Source: an uncultured cyanobacterium (GTDB lineage Bacteria; Cyanobacteriota; Cyanobacteriia; PCC-6307; Cyanobiaceae). From it: a stretch of 64,000 nt of DNA. A model generated the notes under the pieces. It did no database searches. It was given only the letters and a program-made list of their open reading frames with translations, and was not told the origin of the DNA. The position numbers and the translations under genes were made by a program. Below, piece after piece: positions 11,359-23,244 of this stretch. Position 1 is the first letter of the stretch; each line of letters starts with the position of its first letter. The stretch covers positions 512,001 to 576,000 of the forward strand of contig CAVXWZ010000002.1 in assembly GCA_963765575.1 (NCBI GenBank), given 5' to 3'.

Positions 11359-11547
11359 TCAGGGATTGGCCAGACCGGGAAACACCATCAGGTCGATCTG
11401 GCCGCCGGCGGGATGGCGCCATTCGCGGAACTCGGCCGCCAGGGCCTGCTGCTCCGGGCCCAGGGCCTGGGTCTGCAGGGCCTGGAGCCGGTGGTGCACC
11501 AGGGCCAGGGTGTCGTCGATCAAGCGGGCCGCCTGCTCGGAGGTCAT
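11359..11547 (-). CDS. Small hypothetical protein
   Basis: 62-aa ORF (MTSEQAARLIDDTLAL...) with host-like codon usage, filling the gap downstream of selO. Confidence 0.6.
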   Translation of the reverse strand: MTSEQAARLIDDTLALVHHRLQALQTQALGPEQQALAAEFREWRHPAGGQIDLMVFPGLANP

Positions 11548-11641
11548 CGCTGCAAGGAAATCAGTGGATCCTGTGTAGGCCGGCTGATCCGGGGCCGCTG
11601 TCGTGTAGAGCACGGCCCACCGCGCCTGTGGGGGAACGCCC

Positions 11642-13141
11642 TCAGTCGAGCCGCACCGCCGCCAGCCAGTCGTGCAGTGGCTGCCAGTCGTCGGCTTGAT
11701 CGATCGCCTCCCAGAGGCGCTCGATCAGGGGACGAACCGGCACCTCGCGCAGGTTCCAGCGCCGCAGGCTGGCGCTGATCCGGGCCGGATCCTGCTGGCG
11801 GCTGCAGGCCCACCAGGCATCGCGCCAGGCCAGCCAGGCGTTGCGGGGGGGATCCGGAGCAGCGGCCACGACGGGCGCCAGGGCCTCGGGATCCTCGGGC
11901 ACGCCATGGGCCTCGATCGCCGCCGCCAGGCCCGCGAAGAAGGCGCCGTAGCCCACCGGCCAGGCGGCCAGCAGCTGCAGGGTGAGGGGCACGGGGTCGC
12001 TCAGCTCCGCCATCGCCGCGGGGGTGTCAGCGAGGGTGGCGATCAGCCCCAGCCGGCGCTGCATCAGCAGGCGGTAGTGGGCGTTGTAGGCCGGCGCGAA
12101 GCCCTCCAGCCGCGCCTCCAGCTCGGCCCGGGGCAGCAGCATCGCCAGGGGCTCCTGCAGCAGGCGCAGGTTGTGGTGGCTGATCGCCGGCTGCTGGCCG
12201 TAGGCGTAGAGGCCGGAGTGGTCGAAGTAGGCCGCCGTGAAGCGCGGATCCCACTGGTCGAGGAAGGCGAAGGGGCCGTAGTCGAAGCTCTCGCCCGCCA
12301 GCGACATGTTGTCGGTGTTGAGCACCCCGTGGGTGAAGCCGGCCGCCATCCACTCGGCGGTGAGCCGCGCCACCCGCTGCACCAGCTCGCCGTAGAAGGC
12401 CAGGCCAGCGTCCGGGCGGGGCGGATGGGCCGCCGCCACGTCGGGGTAGTAGTGGGCCACCACATGGCGCAGCAGGCGCTCCAGCTTCTCCGGCTGGCGC
12501 AGGTAGAGCAGGCGTTCGCAGCTGCCGAAGCGCAGGTGGGTGCGGGCGAGGCGCACCATCACGGCGCTGCGGGTGGGCGAGGGCTCGTCGCCGCGCCAGA
12601 GGTCTTCTCCCGTTTCCACCAGGCTGACGGTGCGGCTGGTGCTCACACCCAGGCGCTGCAGGGCCTCGCTGGCGATGATCTCGCGCACACCGCCCTTGAG
12701 GGTGAGGCGGCCATCGCCGCCGCGGCTCCAGGGGGTGGTGCCGCTGCCCTTGGTGCCCAGGTCCTGCAGCCGGCCATGGCGGTCGCGCAGCTGGCCATAG
12801 AGGAAGCCGCGGCCATCGCCAAGCTGGGGGTTGTAGGTGCCGAATTGATAGCCGTGGTACCGCAGGGCCAGCAGCGGCGTGCGCGCCTCAAAGCGGCCGT
12901 AGGCGGCCTCCACATCGGCGTCAGCGATGGCGCCAGGATCCAGCCCCAGCTGGCGGAAGAGGTCGTCATTGCGGAAGCGCAGCTGGGTGCGGGGAAAGCG
13001 TGCCGCCTCCACCACATCCCAGTACTCGGGGCCCAGCCCCTCCACGGCGGGCTCGAAGGGCAGGGCCAGCAGGGGGTTGGCGATGGCGGCACCGCCTTCG
13101 GGGCCGGCCGCGGTGGACAAGGGCTGACTCTGAGCAGACAA
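11642..13141 (-). CDS. selO: Protein adenylyltransferase SelO (YdiU/UPF0061)
   Basis: YHGYQFG, QLGDGRG, KGSGTTPWSRGGDGR, HGVLNTDNM, DYGPF. Confidence 0.93.
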   Translation of the reverse strand: MSAQSQPLSTAAGPEGGAAIANPLLALPFEPAVEGLGPEYWDVVEAARFPRTQLRFRNDDLFRQLGLDPGAIADADVEAAYGRFEARTPLLALRYHGYQFGTYNPQLGDGRGFLYGQLRDRHGRLQDLGTKGSGTTPWSRGGDGRLTLKGGVREIIASEALQRLGVSTSRTVSLVETGEDLWRGDEPSPTRSAVMVRLARTHLRFGSCERLLYLRQPEKLERLLRHVVAHYYPDVAAAHPPRPDAGLAFYGELVQRVARLTAEWMAAGFTHGVLNTDNMSLAGESFDYGPFAFLDQWDPRFTAAYFDHSGLYAYGQQPAISHHNLRLLQEPLAMLLPRAELEARLEGFAPAYNAHYRLLMQRRLGLIATLADTPAAMAELSDPVPLTLQLLAAWPVGYGAFFAGLAAAIEAHGVPEDPEALAPVVAAAPDPPRNAWLAWRDAWWACSRQQDPARISASLRRWNLREVPVRPLIERLWEAIDQADDWQPLHDWLAAVRLD

Positions 13142-13183
13142 GGGACTGGGCGAGCAGCAACGTCCGGCCCACGATGGCCACGT

Positions 13184-13378
13184 TCAGGCCCGCTTGATCA
13201 CACGGATCAGCACCAGCAGCAGCACGGCTCCCATCGTGGCCACGAGGATGCTGCCGAGGATGCCCACAACCAGATCACCGAGGAGGCCAAAGCCACCGCC
13301 CTTCACGAGCACACCGGCCAGCCAGCCAGCGATCACACCCACCAACAGAAACCAGTGCACATTCAGGATGCGCAGCAT
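13184..13378 (-). CDS. GlsB/YeaQ/YmgE family membrane protein, apparently internally shortened
   Basis: WFLLVGVIAGWLAGVLVKGGGFGLLGDLVVG...VATMGAVLLLVLIRVIKRA; the middle segment typical of the family seems absent. Confidence 0.7.
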   Translation of the reverse strand: MLRILNVHWFLLVGVIAGWLAGVLVKGGGFGLLGDLVVGILGSILVATMGAVLLLVLIRVIKRA

Positions 13379-13431
13379 GCAGCAGGAGGGTGTGCCGGTT
13401 GCTGCGACCTCGGGGTGCAGCACCAGCGGGG

Positions 13432-15876
<2,445 letters not shown>

Positions 15877-15979
15877 GGGGTCCTGCGGAGTGGCTTCATC
15901 GTATGCAGGCGGCGAGACTCGGGGGCCATTCCGTGACGTCCTTGTTCAGTTTTCCGTTCTGTCCCCCCGGCTGCTGACC

Positions 15980-17611
15980 ATGGCCGACCCCGCCATGGCC
16001 GATCCCGCCAGCGCCAGCCCGGTGCTCAGCCTGCGGCAGCTCAAGGTGTCCTACCCCCAGAGCCCGCGCCCCACCCTGGACGGCCTCGATCTCAGCCTCA
16101 ACCCCGGCGAGACCCTGGCCCTGGTGGGCCCCTCGGGCTGCGGCAAGAGCACCGTGGCGCGGGCGGCGTTGCAACTGCTGCCCCAGGGCAGCACCTGCAG
16201 CGGCGAGCTGCTGCTGGCCGGCCGCGATCCGCGCAGCCTGCGGCGGCCGGCCCTGCGCCGGCTGCGGGGCGAGGCGGTGGGGCTGGTGTTTCAGGACCCG
16301 ATGACCCGGCTCAACCCGCTGCTCAGGATCGGTGCCCACCTCAGCGACACCCTGCGGGCCCATCGTCCCGGCTGGAGCCGCCGCCAGCTGCGCCAGCGGG
16401 CCGAAGAGCTGCTCAGCCGGGTGGGGATCGACGTGGACCGCTACGGCAGCTATCCCCATGAATTCAGTGGCGGCATGCGCCAGCGGCTGGCGATCGCCCT
16501 GGCCCTGGCCCTCAATCCACCGCTGGTGATCGCCGACGAGCCCACCACCAGCCTGGATGTGGCGGTGGCGGGCCAGGTGATGGCCGAGCTCACGGGCCTC
16601 TGCCGCGAGGCCGGCAGCGCCCTGCTGCTGATCAGCCACGACCTGGCCATGGCCGGGCGCTGGTGCGATCAGATCGCCGTGCTCGATGAGGGCCGCCTGA
16701 TCGAGCGGGCCCCGGCCCGGCAGCTGCTCACGGCACCGCAATCACCCCTGGCCCAGCGGCTGGTGGCCCGGGCGCGGGAGCGCGAGGGGCGCCAGAGCCA
16801 GGCCCCGGACGCGGCGCCGCTGCTGCTGGAGATCGAGGCGCTGCGCTGCTGGCATCCGCTGCCGGGCCTGCCCTGGCAGCGCCAGTGGCTGAAGGCGGTG
16901 GACGGCGTCAGCCTGCGGCTGCAGCAGGGCGAAAGCATCGGCCTGGTGGGGGCCTCGGGCTGCGGCAAGAGCACCCTCTGCCGGGCGTTGATGGGTCTGG
17001 CGCCGGTGCGCGGCGGCGCCGTGCGCCTGGAGGGGGTGGACCTGCAGCGGCTGCGGGGCGGCAGCCTGCGCCGCGCCCGACGGGGCCTGCAGATGGTGTT
17101 CCAGGACCCGCTGGCCTGCCTCAACCCGCAGATGCGGGTGGGCGAGGCGATCGCCGACCCGCTGCTGATCCATGGCCTGGCCAGCCGCGCCGCCGCCCGC
17201 GAGCGGGCCCGCGAGCTGATGGCGGCGGTGGGGCTGAACCCACCGGAGGCCTTCGACACCCGCCTGCCCCGCCAGCTCTCCGGCGGCCAGCAGCAGCGGG
17301 TGGCGATCGCCCGGGCCCTGATCCTCGAGCCCCGCGTGCTGCTCTGCGACGAGAGCGTGAGCATGCTCGACGCCGAAGTGCAGGCCGAAGTGCTGCAGCT
17401 GCTGCGCGATCTGCAGACCCGCCTGGGGCTGGGGATGCTGTTCGTGACCCACGACCTGGCGGTGGCCAGCGGCTTCTGCCACCGGGTGATCGTGCTCGAC
17501 GGCGGCCGCATCGTGGAGGAGGGCCCGGGGGCGGCGCTGCTGCGCCAGCCGCGGGCGGCGATCACCCGGCAGCTCGTGGAGGCCTGCCCGCGGCTGCCGG
17601 AGCTGGCCTAG
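15980..17611 (+). CDS. Peptide/nickel ABC transporter ATP-binding protein, double ATPase domain
   Basis: Two Walker A motifs (GPSGCGKS, GASGCGKS), FSGGMRQR and LSGGQQQR. The start MADPA is duplicated. Confidence 0.92.
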   Translation: MADPAMADPASASPVLSLRQLKVSYPQSPRPTLDGLDLSLNPGETLALVGPSGCGKSTVARAALQLLPQGSTCSGELLLAGRDPRSLRRPALRRLRGEAVGLVFQDPMTRLNPLLRIGAHLSDTLRAHRPGWSRRQLRQRAEELLSRVGIDVDRYGSYPHEFSGGMRQRLAIALALALNPPLVIADEPTTSLDVAVAGQVMAELTGLCREAGSALLLISHDLAMAGRWCDQIAVLDEGRLIERAPARQLLTAPQSPLAQRLVARAREREGRQSQAPDAAPLLLEIEALRCWHPLPGLPWQRQWLKAVDGVSLRLQQGESIGLVGASGCGKSTLCRALMGLAPVRGGAVRLEGVDLQRLRGGSLRRARRGLQMVFQDPLACLNPQMRVGEAIADPLLIHGLASRAAARERARELMAAVGLNPPEAFDTRLPRQLSGGQQQRVAIARALILEPRVLLCDESVSMLDAEVQAEVLQLLRDLQTRLGLGMLFVTHDLAVASGFCHRVIVLDGGRIVEEGPGAALLRQPRAAITRQLVEACPRLPELA

Positions 17612-18567
17612 GCCCCCTGGCCCGCCCGGCGGCGCAGGCGCAGCAGCAGCTGCTCGAACACCGGCGGCAGGGGCGCCTCGCACACCAGGCGCTCGCCGCT
17701 GATCGGATGGTTCAGCCCCAGCTGCACGGCATGCAGGGCCTGGCCGGGCAGCTCCAGCGGCAGCCGGCGACAGCGCGAATACACCGGATCGCCCACGATC
17801 GGGTGGTTGATGTGGGCGCAGTGCACCCGGATCTGGTGGGTGCGGCCGGTGTCGAGCTTGAAGCGCAGCAGGGCGTGGTCGCCCAGCCGCTCCACCACCC
17901 GCCAGTGGGTGCGGGCATCGCGGCCGCTGCCGTCGCTCACCACCGCGTACTTCTTGCGATCCACCGGGTGGCGGCCGATGGCGCCCACCACCATGCCGGT
18001 CTCGGCCGCCGGCTGGCCGTGCACCACCGCCAGGTACTGGCGCGAGGCGATGCGCTTCTGGATCTGCACCTGCAACTTCACCAGGGCCTCCTGGCTCTTG
18101 GCCACCACGATGCAGCCGGTGGTGTCCTTGTCGAGCCGGTGCACGATGCCCGGCCGCAGCTCACCGCCGATGCCGGGAAGGTCGGGGCAGTGGTGCAGCA
18201 GGCCGTTCACCAGGGTGCCGTCCCTGTTGCCCGGCGCCGGATGCACGGTGAGGCCGGCGGGCTTGTTGAGCACGATCAGGTGGGCGTCCTCGAAGAGCAC
18301 ATCCAGCGGCATCGCCTGGGCGAGCAGGTAGGGCAGGGGCTCGGGGGGCGGCATCCACAGCTCCACCGTGTCGCCGGGGCGCAGGGGCGTCTTGGCCCGG
18401 CCCGTGACGCCATTGACGCGCACGTAGCCGGCATCGATGAATTTCTGGATGCGGGCGCGGCTCTGCTCCGGCCGCTGGCTCACCAGCCAGCGATCCAGCC
18501 GCATCGGCAGCGGTCTGGGGTAGGTGAGCGTCAGCAGCTCGCCCGCACCGTGGCCAAAGCCGCTCAT
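17608..18567 (-). CDS. rluD: RluA/RluD family pseudouridine synthase
   Basis: S4 domain RLDRWL, NKPAGLTVHP, HRLDKDTTG, TGRTHQIRVH. Confidence 0.9.
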   Translation of the reverse strand: MSGFGHGAGELLTLTYPRPLPMRLDRWLVSQRPEQSRARIQKFIDAGYVRVNGVTGRAKTPLRPGDTVELWMPPPEPLPYLLAQAMPLDVLFEDAHLIVLNKPAGLTVHPAPGNRDGTLVNGLLHHCPDLPGIGGELRPGIVHRLDKDTTGCIVVAKSQEALVKLQVQIQKRIASRQYLAVVHGQPAAETGMVVGAIGRHPVDRKKYAVVSDGSGRDARTHWRVVERLGDHALLRFKLDTGRTHQIRVHCAHINHPIVGDPVYSRCRRLPLELPGQALHAVQLGLNHPISGERLVCEAPLPPVFEQLLLRLRRRAGQGA

Positions 18568-19487
18568 GGCGCCGGCGGCAGCTCCAGGCCGATCGCCCCC
18601 AGGCGGCTGCAGCGGAAGTCGTCGAGCAGCTTGGTGGCCATGCGCAGGCCATCGCCGCTGGTGTGGCGCTCGGCCGCCGCCAGCATCCAGCTCTCGGCAT
18701 CGGGGCCGCCCGTGGGCAGCACCCCCAGGGCGATGCCGTAGCGCCGCTCCAGCAGGCCGGGGGTGGCGCCCGCCGCCGGCAGCGCCTGCAGAGCGGTGAG
18801 CAGGGCGATGAAGGCCCGGGCCACCGCCTCGGCGTCGTAGGCCGCCTGGCCGATGTCATCACAGAGGGCCAGGCGCAGGGCCGCCTGCTGGTCGTCCAGC
18901 CGCGGCGGCAGCACGCCGGGGGCATCGAGCAGGTCGAGGTCCTGGCCCAGGCGCACCCAGCGCAGGCTGCGGGTGACGCCGGCGCGGCGGGCGCTCTCCA
19001 CCACCTTCTGACGCACCAGGCGGTTGATCAGGGCCGACTTGCCCACATTCGGGAAGCCCAGCATCAGGGCCCGCACCGGCCGCGGCCGCATGTCGCGGCC
19101 GCGGCGGCGGGCGTTGAGGGCATCGCCACTGCGGATCGCCGCCTGCTGCAGCTGCTTCACGCCGGTGCCCACCTTGGCGTCACACCACAGCAGCGTCTGG
19201 CCGCGGGCCCGGAACCAGTCCGTCCAGGCGGCCCGCAGCGGCGGCGGGATCATGTCCACCCGGTTGAGCACCAGCAGGTGCTGGCGGCTGCCGATCCAAC
19301 GCTGCAGGCGCGGGTGGCCGGTGGCCAGAGGCACACGGGCATCGCGCACCTCGATCACCAGGTCCACCTTCGCCAGGGCCGCGCGCAGGGCCCGCTCGGC
19401 CTTGGCGATGTGGCCGGGATACCACTGGATCGCCGGCGCGTTGACGCTCAGCCCCACGGCCGGCGGGACAGTGGCGGAATCGCCCAT
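18564..19487 (-). CDS. ylqF: Ribosome biogenesis GTPase YlqF/RbgA
   Basis: IQWYPGHIAKA, EVRDAR, GFPNVGKSALIN, DAPG. Confidence 0.94.
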   Translation of the reverse strand: MGDSATVPPAVGLSVNAPAIQWYPGHIAKAERALRAALAKVDLVIEVRDARVPLATGHPRLQRWIGSRQHLLVLNRVDMIPPPLRAAWTDWFRARGQTLLWCDAKVGTGVKQLQQAAIRSGDALNARRRGRDMRPRPVRALMLGFPNVGKSALINRLVRQKVVESARRAGVTRSLRWVRLGQDLDLLDAPGVLPPRLDDQQAALRLALCDDIGQAAYDAEAVARAFIALLTALQALPAAGATPGLLERRYGIALGVLPTGGPDAESWMLAAAERHTSGDGLRMATKLLDDFRCSRLGAIGLELPPAP

Positions 19488-19858
19488 CAGGGCACCACCA
19501 GCACGGGACAGGGGGCCAGCTGGATCACCCGTGCCGCCGTGCTGTGCTGATCGCTCTCCAGGGCGATGCCGCGGGTGCCCATCACGATCACATCGGCATC
19601 GATCTCGTCGGCCACATCGCCGATCACGAAGGCCGCCTTGCCGGCGCGCTCGATCACCTCACAGGCCACGCCGGCCTGCTGAAAGCTGCCGCGGGCCTGC
19701 TCCAGCAGTCGGGCCACGGCCGGCTCGTCGTCGTCGGGTTCCACCACCGAGAGCAGCACCAGACGGCTGCCATGCTCCTGCACGAGCTTCAGGGCCAGCG
19801 CGGCGGTCTCCATGGCCTGGCGGCTGCGATCGATCGGAAACAGAACGGTGTTGAACAT
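19487..19858 (-). CDS. Universal stress protein
   Basis: [28 protein letters not shown]. Confidence 0.92.
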   Translation of the reverse strand: MFNTVLFPIDRSRQAMETAALALKLVQEHGSRLVLLSVVEPDDDEPAVARLLEQARGSFQQAGVACEVIERAGKAAFVIGDVADEIDADVIVMGTRGIALESDQHSTAARVIQLAPCPVLVVP

Positions 19859-19967
19859 GGCTGGGGTGGACCTGCCCCATCCAGGTGGGGCCGGGCAGGG
19901 ATTCAGTCTGGACGACGCCCTGCGGGCTAGGCTCCCGCCCGTTTATCCCTATTCCCAAACGCGTCCC

Positions 19968-21173
19968 ATGGCGAAACGATCCCTCACCAGCCTCAGCGTC
20001 GATGAACTGCGGGGCAAACGGGTGCTGGTGCGGGTCGACTTCAACGTGCCCCAGGACGACAGCGGCGCCATCACCGATGACACCCGCATCCGCGCCGCCC
20101 TGCCCACCATCGCCCACCTGCGCGGCAGCGGCGCCCGGGTGATCCTGGCCGCCCACTACGGCCGGCCCAAGGGCCAGGTGGTGGAGGGCATGCGCCTCAC
20201 CCAGGTGGCGGCCCGGCTCAGCGACCTGCTGGGGGTGCCGGTGGTCAAGACCGACAGCTGCATCGGCCCCGATGCCGAGGCCAAGGTGGCGGCCATGGCC
20301 GACGGCGATGTGGTGCTGCTGGAGAACGTGCGCTTCTTCGCCGAGGAGGAGAAGAACGCCCCCGAATTCGCCGCCAAGCTGGCGGCCCTGGCCGAGGTGT
20401 ACGTGAACGACGCCTTCGGCGCCGCCCACCGCGCCCATGCCTCCACCGAGGGCGTGGCGCGGGCCCTGAGCCCCAGCGTGGCCGGCCAGCTGATGGAGAA
20501 GGAGCTGGCCTACCTGCAGGGTGCGATCGACGCCCCCAAGCGGCCCCTGGCGGCGATCGTGGGCGGCTCCAAGGTGAGCAGCAAGATCGGCGTGCTCGAG
20601 GCCCTGATCGACAAGTGCGACAAGGTTCTCGTCGGTGGCGGCATGATCTTCACCTTCTACAAGGCCCGCGGCCTGGCGGTGGGCAAGAGCCTCGTGGAGG
20701 AGGACAAGCTGGAGCTCGCCAGGGAGCTGGAGGCCAAGGCGAAAGCCAAGGGGGTGCAGTTCCTGCTGCCCACCGATGTGGTGCTGGCCGACAACTTCGC
20801 CCCCGACGCCAACACCCAGGTGGCGCCGATCGAGGCCATCCCCGACGGCTGGATGGGCCTGGACATCGGTCCCGACTCGGTGACGGTGTTCCAGCAGGCC
20901 CTGGCTGACTGCAAGACGGTGATCTGGAACGGGCCGATGGGGGTGTTCGAATTCGACGCCTTCGCCGCCGGCACCAACGCCATCGCCCACACCCTCGCTG
21001 AGCTCAGCGCCCAGGGCACGATCACGATCATCGGCGGCGGCGATTCCGTGGCCGCCGTGGAGAAGGTGGGCGTGGCCGACAAGATGAGCCACATCTCCAC
21101 CGGCGGCGGCGCCAGCCTGGAGCTGTTGGAGGGCAAGGTGCTGCCGGGCGTGGCCGCCCTCGACGAGGCCTGA
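19968..21173 (+). CDS. pgk: Phosphoglycerate kinase
   Basis: [47 protein letters not shown]. Confidence 0.98.
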   Translation: MAKRSLTSLSVDELRGKRVLVRVDFNVPQDDSGAITDDTRIRAALPTIAHLRGSGARVILAAHYGRPKGQVVEGMRLTQVAARLSDLLGVPVVKTDSCIGPDAEAKVAAMADGDVVLLENVRFFAEEEKNAPEFAAKLAALAEVYVNDAFGAAHRAHASTEGVARALSPSVAGQLMEKELAYLQGAIDAPKRPLAAIVGGSKVSSKIGVLEALIDKCDKVLVGGGMIFTFYKARGLAVGKSLVEEDKLELARELEAKAKAKGVQFLLPTDVVLADNFAPDANTQVAPIEAIPDGWMGLDIGPDSVTVFQQALADCKTVIWNGPMGVFEFDAFAAGTNAIAHTLAELSAQGTITIIGGGDSVAAVEKVGVADKMSHISTGGGASLELLEGKVLPGVAALDEA

Positions 21174-21177
21174 GGAA

Positions 21178-21225
21178 GGGCCTGACTGGCAGGCGGGGCT
21201 TGCCCCCGCGCTGTCAGTCAGACCC
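21178..21225. terminator. Hairpin between convergent pgk and haloperoxidase genes
   Basis: GGGCCTGACTGGCAG (21178-21192) pairs nearly perfectly with CTGTCAGTCAGACCC (21211-21225); no U-tract. Confidence 0.5.
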
Positions 21226-21232
21226 TCAGCCT

Positions 21233-23002
21233 TCAACGCTGCAACGCTCCGTTTACCCTCACCTCACCGTCGCCGACACCAATCCAATCGCCATCAAAGC
21301 TGCGAAAGGTAAAGGACAACGGCTTCTCGAAATACTCAGCGGTGCGTTTCCGCAGAATCTCGATCGTGATCTGCTCTCCCAGGCGCAAACTCCTGGTGTT
21401 GTCGGTGCGCCAGTGAACGCCTCCCATGCTGCGACCCACGGCAACATTGGAAGCGAGCTTGTTGAGCTCACCTCCCACAGTGATGCGATCGGCATCAGCC
21501 CCGGAGTAGGGCTGCGGTGCCTGAAAGTCCTCACCGCCTTGATGGGCTCCCGGCGCCAGCAGCGAGAGCGGGCCAAGCAGGGGGTCACGGCGACGGGATT
21601 CGGGGAAGGCATCAAGCAGATCACCGAGCTTCTGGTCCTCGTCAAACCAGGCTTTCAGTGCGGTGACGCAAGCACCGGCAACCGTGGCATGGCCCGCTCC
21701 ATAGGCGGGGTGATTCGGAGATCCGGCTGAGAACGCCATCGGCAGAAAAAAGCTGCCGAACTCGCTGTGGATCCTGTTCGCCGCCGGCAGCACGGTCGCC
21801 ACGGGCAGGTTGTAGTCCCGCCGATCCCCAGCCACGCCTTCGCACTGCATCTGGACCATGCCCCCATAGACCTCCGGGCGACAGCGACGGTGCACCAGCC
21901 ATTTCTGCCGCCACACCACTTTCAATGCCCGGCTGGCCACCTCAGAGACGAAGGTGAGCAGATCGGGCCCCCCGAGGGTGGCGAAACCTCCCTCCCGGCT
22001 GACGCGCACTCCCCCTTTGTAGGGATTCCCATCATCCACTGGGGCGCCAATACCATCGAGGAAAAGAGCCGCATTGAAATAGGCCTGGTGGAGAGCATCT
22101 CGATTCACAAAACGAGCCAGGTCTCGCATGGTTGAGATATGCCTGACCTTGAAGTCACTGGGATAATAATCAGCCCCGGCGGCCTGACGGCTGGCATTTT
22201 GCTGGTCACCAAAGTGATTGCAAGTACCATAGTCTCTGCCAAATTTATCCTTGCCAGTATTTTGCGCGAGCAACCAATCATCATAGGTCGTCAGAAAATC
22301 TCTTTTGCGGAGATACGGCACCTGCTGCACACTGATGGTTTGGGTGCCATAGCCGACATCACGAAGGAAGAATTGGCTTACAATCGGGCCAAACTCTTCA
22401 TCATGAAGCCCACTGCGGAAGAGCGTTTCGGGCCTGATGTCCAGTTGGCCTGTACTGGTCACCGGCAGATCCAGCCCAAGCTTCAGCCCTCCCTGGGCCC
22501 GGTCCTGATCCAGCGCCTGCTGGAAGGCCTCCCGGACCTGCGTGACAGCCTCTGCCAGATTGACTGCGGAGAAATCGTTGAGCGGCAGATCGCGTAGCAG
22601 CGCCATCCAATACAGCTCAACCATCTCTGCAGCGCTGCTGACTGACGAGATCGACGGTGCTGGTGGCATCTCAAGGGTCTTTGGATCCGGCCCAAACCCC
22701 TCGCTGGCGGCAGACGCCAAAGGATTCACGAAGCGGGCTACCCCAGTGGTGAGACCAGGTTCGGCGACTGGAGAGAAGTCAGCGGGCTGAATTTCATAGC
22801 TGGGTGTGCGCTCAAACTTGACTGGCGAGCCCGCCTCAATCTCCAGGCATGTGCGCATGAAGTCTCGATACTGTGCGCGATCAACCTCGCCGTACTTATT
22901 GTGCTGAAGTGTCTTGTGGAAATTGCCAATAAAAGCAACTGCCGATGGGCCGAATTGCCTGATTTCATCGCCATTTGGCGTTGGAAATACCATGGTGGCC
23001 AC
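21233..23002 (-). CDS. Vanadium-dependent haloperoxidase (bromo/iodoperoxidase type)
   Basis: Vanadate-site motifs QKWLVHRRCRPE, PNHPAYGAGHATVAGAC and ELNKLASNVAVGRSMGGVHWRTD; also NGDE, FHKTLQHNKYG and EMVELYWMALLRD. Confidence 0.93.
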   Translation of the reverse strand: MATMVFPTPNGDEIRQFGPSAVAFIGNFHKTLQHNKYGEVDRAQYRDFMRTCLEIEAGSPVKFERTPSYEIQPADFSPVAEPGLTTGVARFVNPLASAASEGFGPDPKTLEMPPAPSISSVSSAAEMVELYWMALLRDLPLNDFSAVNLAEAVTQVREAFQQALDQDRAQGGLKLGLDLPVTSTGQLDIRPETLFRSGLHDEEFGPIVSQFFLRDVGYGTQTISVQQVPYLRKRDFLTTYDDWLLAQNTGKDKFGRDYGTCNHFGDQQNASRQAAGADYYPSDFKVRHISTMRDLARFVNRDALHQAYFNAALFLDGIGAPVDDGNPYKGGVRVSREGGFATLGGPDLLTFVSEVASRALKVVWRQKWLVHRRCRPEVYGGMVQMQCEGVAGDRRDYNLPVATVLPAANRIHSEFGSFFLPMAFSAGSPNHPAYGAGHATVAGACVTALKAWFDEDQKLGDLLDAFPESRRRDPLLGPLSLLAPGAHQGGEDFQAPQPYSGADADRITVGGELNKLASNVAVGRSMGGVHWRTDNTRSLRLGEQITIEILRKRTAEYFEKPLSFTFRSFDGDWIGVGDGEVRVNGALQR

Positions 23003-23244
23003 TAGATGTTGGACAGCATGACCGCATCGATTCCGTCAACGCCAAAGCAGCATGGCGGCATTCATCGTGCGATCACTCAGCGACACAAGCACGAAATCTT
23101 TTCAGCAAGATTTTTTGGCATTGTTTTTTATTACAAGGCATCATTCCGGTCGCTGGATCCTCGCTGCGCCCGGCATCGACTGCGGTTGAACAAGCCCCGT
23201 GCTTCCTTATCTGGATGACCAGATCGCTTCCAGGCCAGGCCGAG

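Noticed and set aside
23036..23038. Selenocysteine read-through of the TGA upstream of the haloperoxidase
   Set aside because: No recognisable SECIS and no selA/selB/selC in the window; the SelD here has Cys and more plausibly serves selenouridine synthesis.
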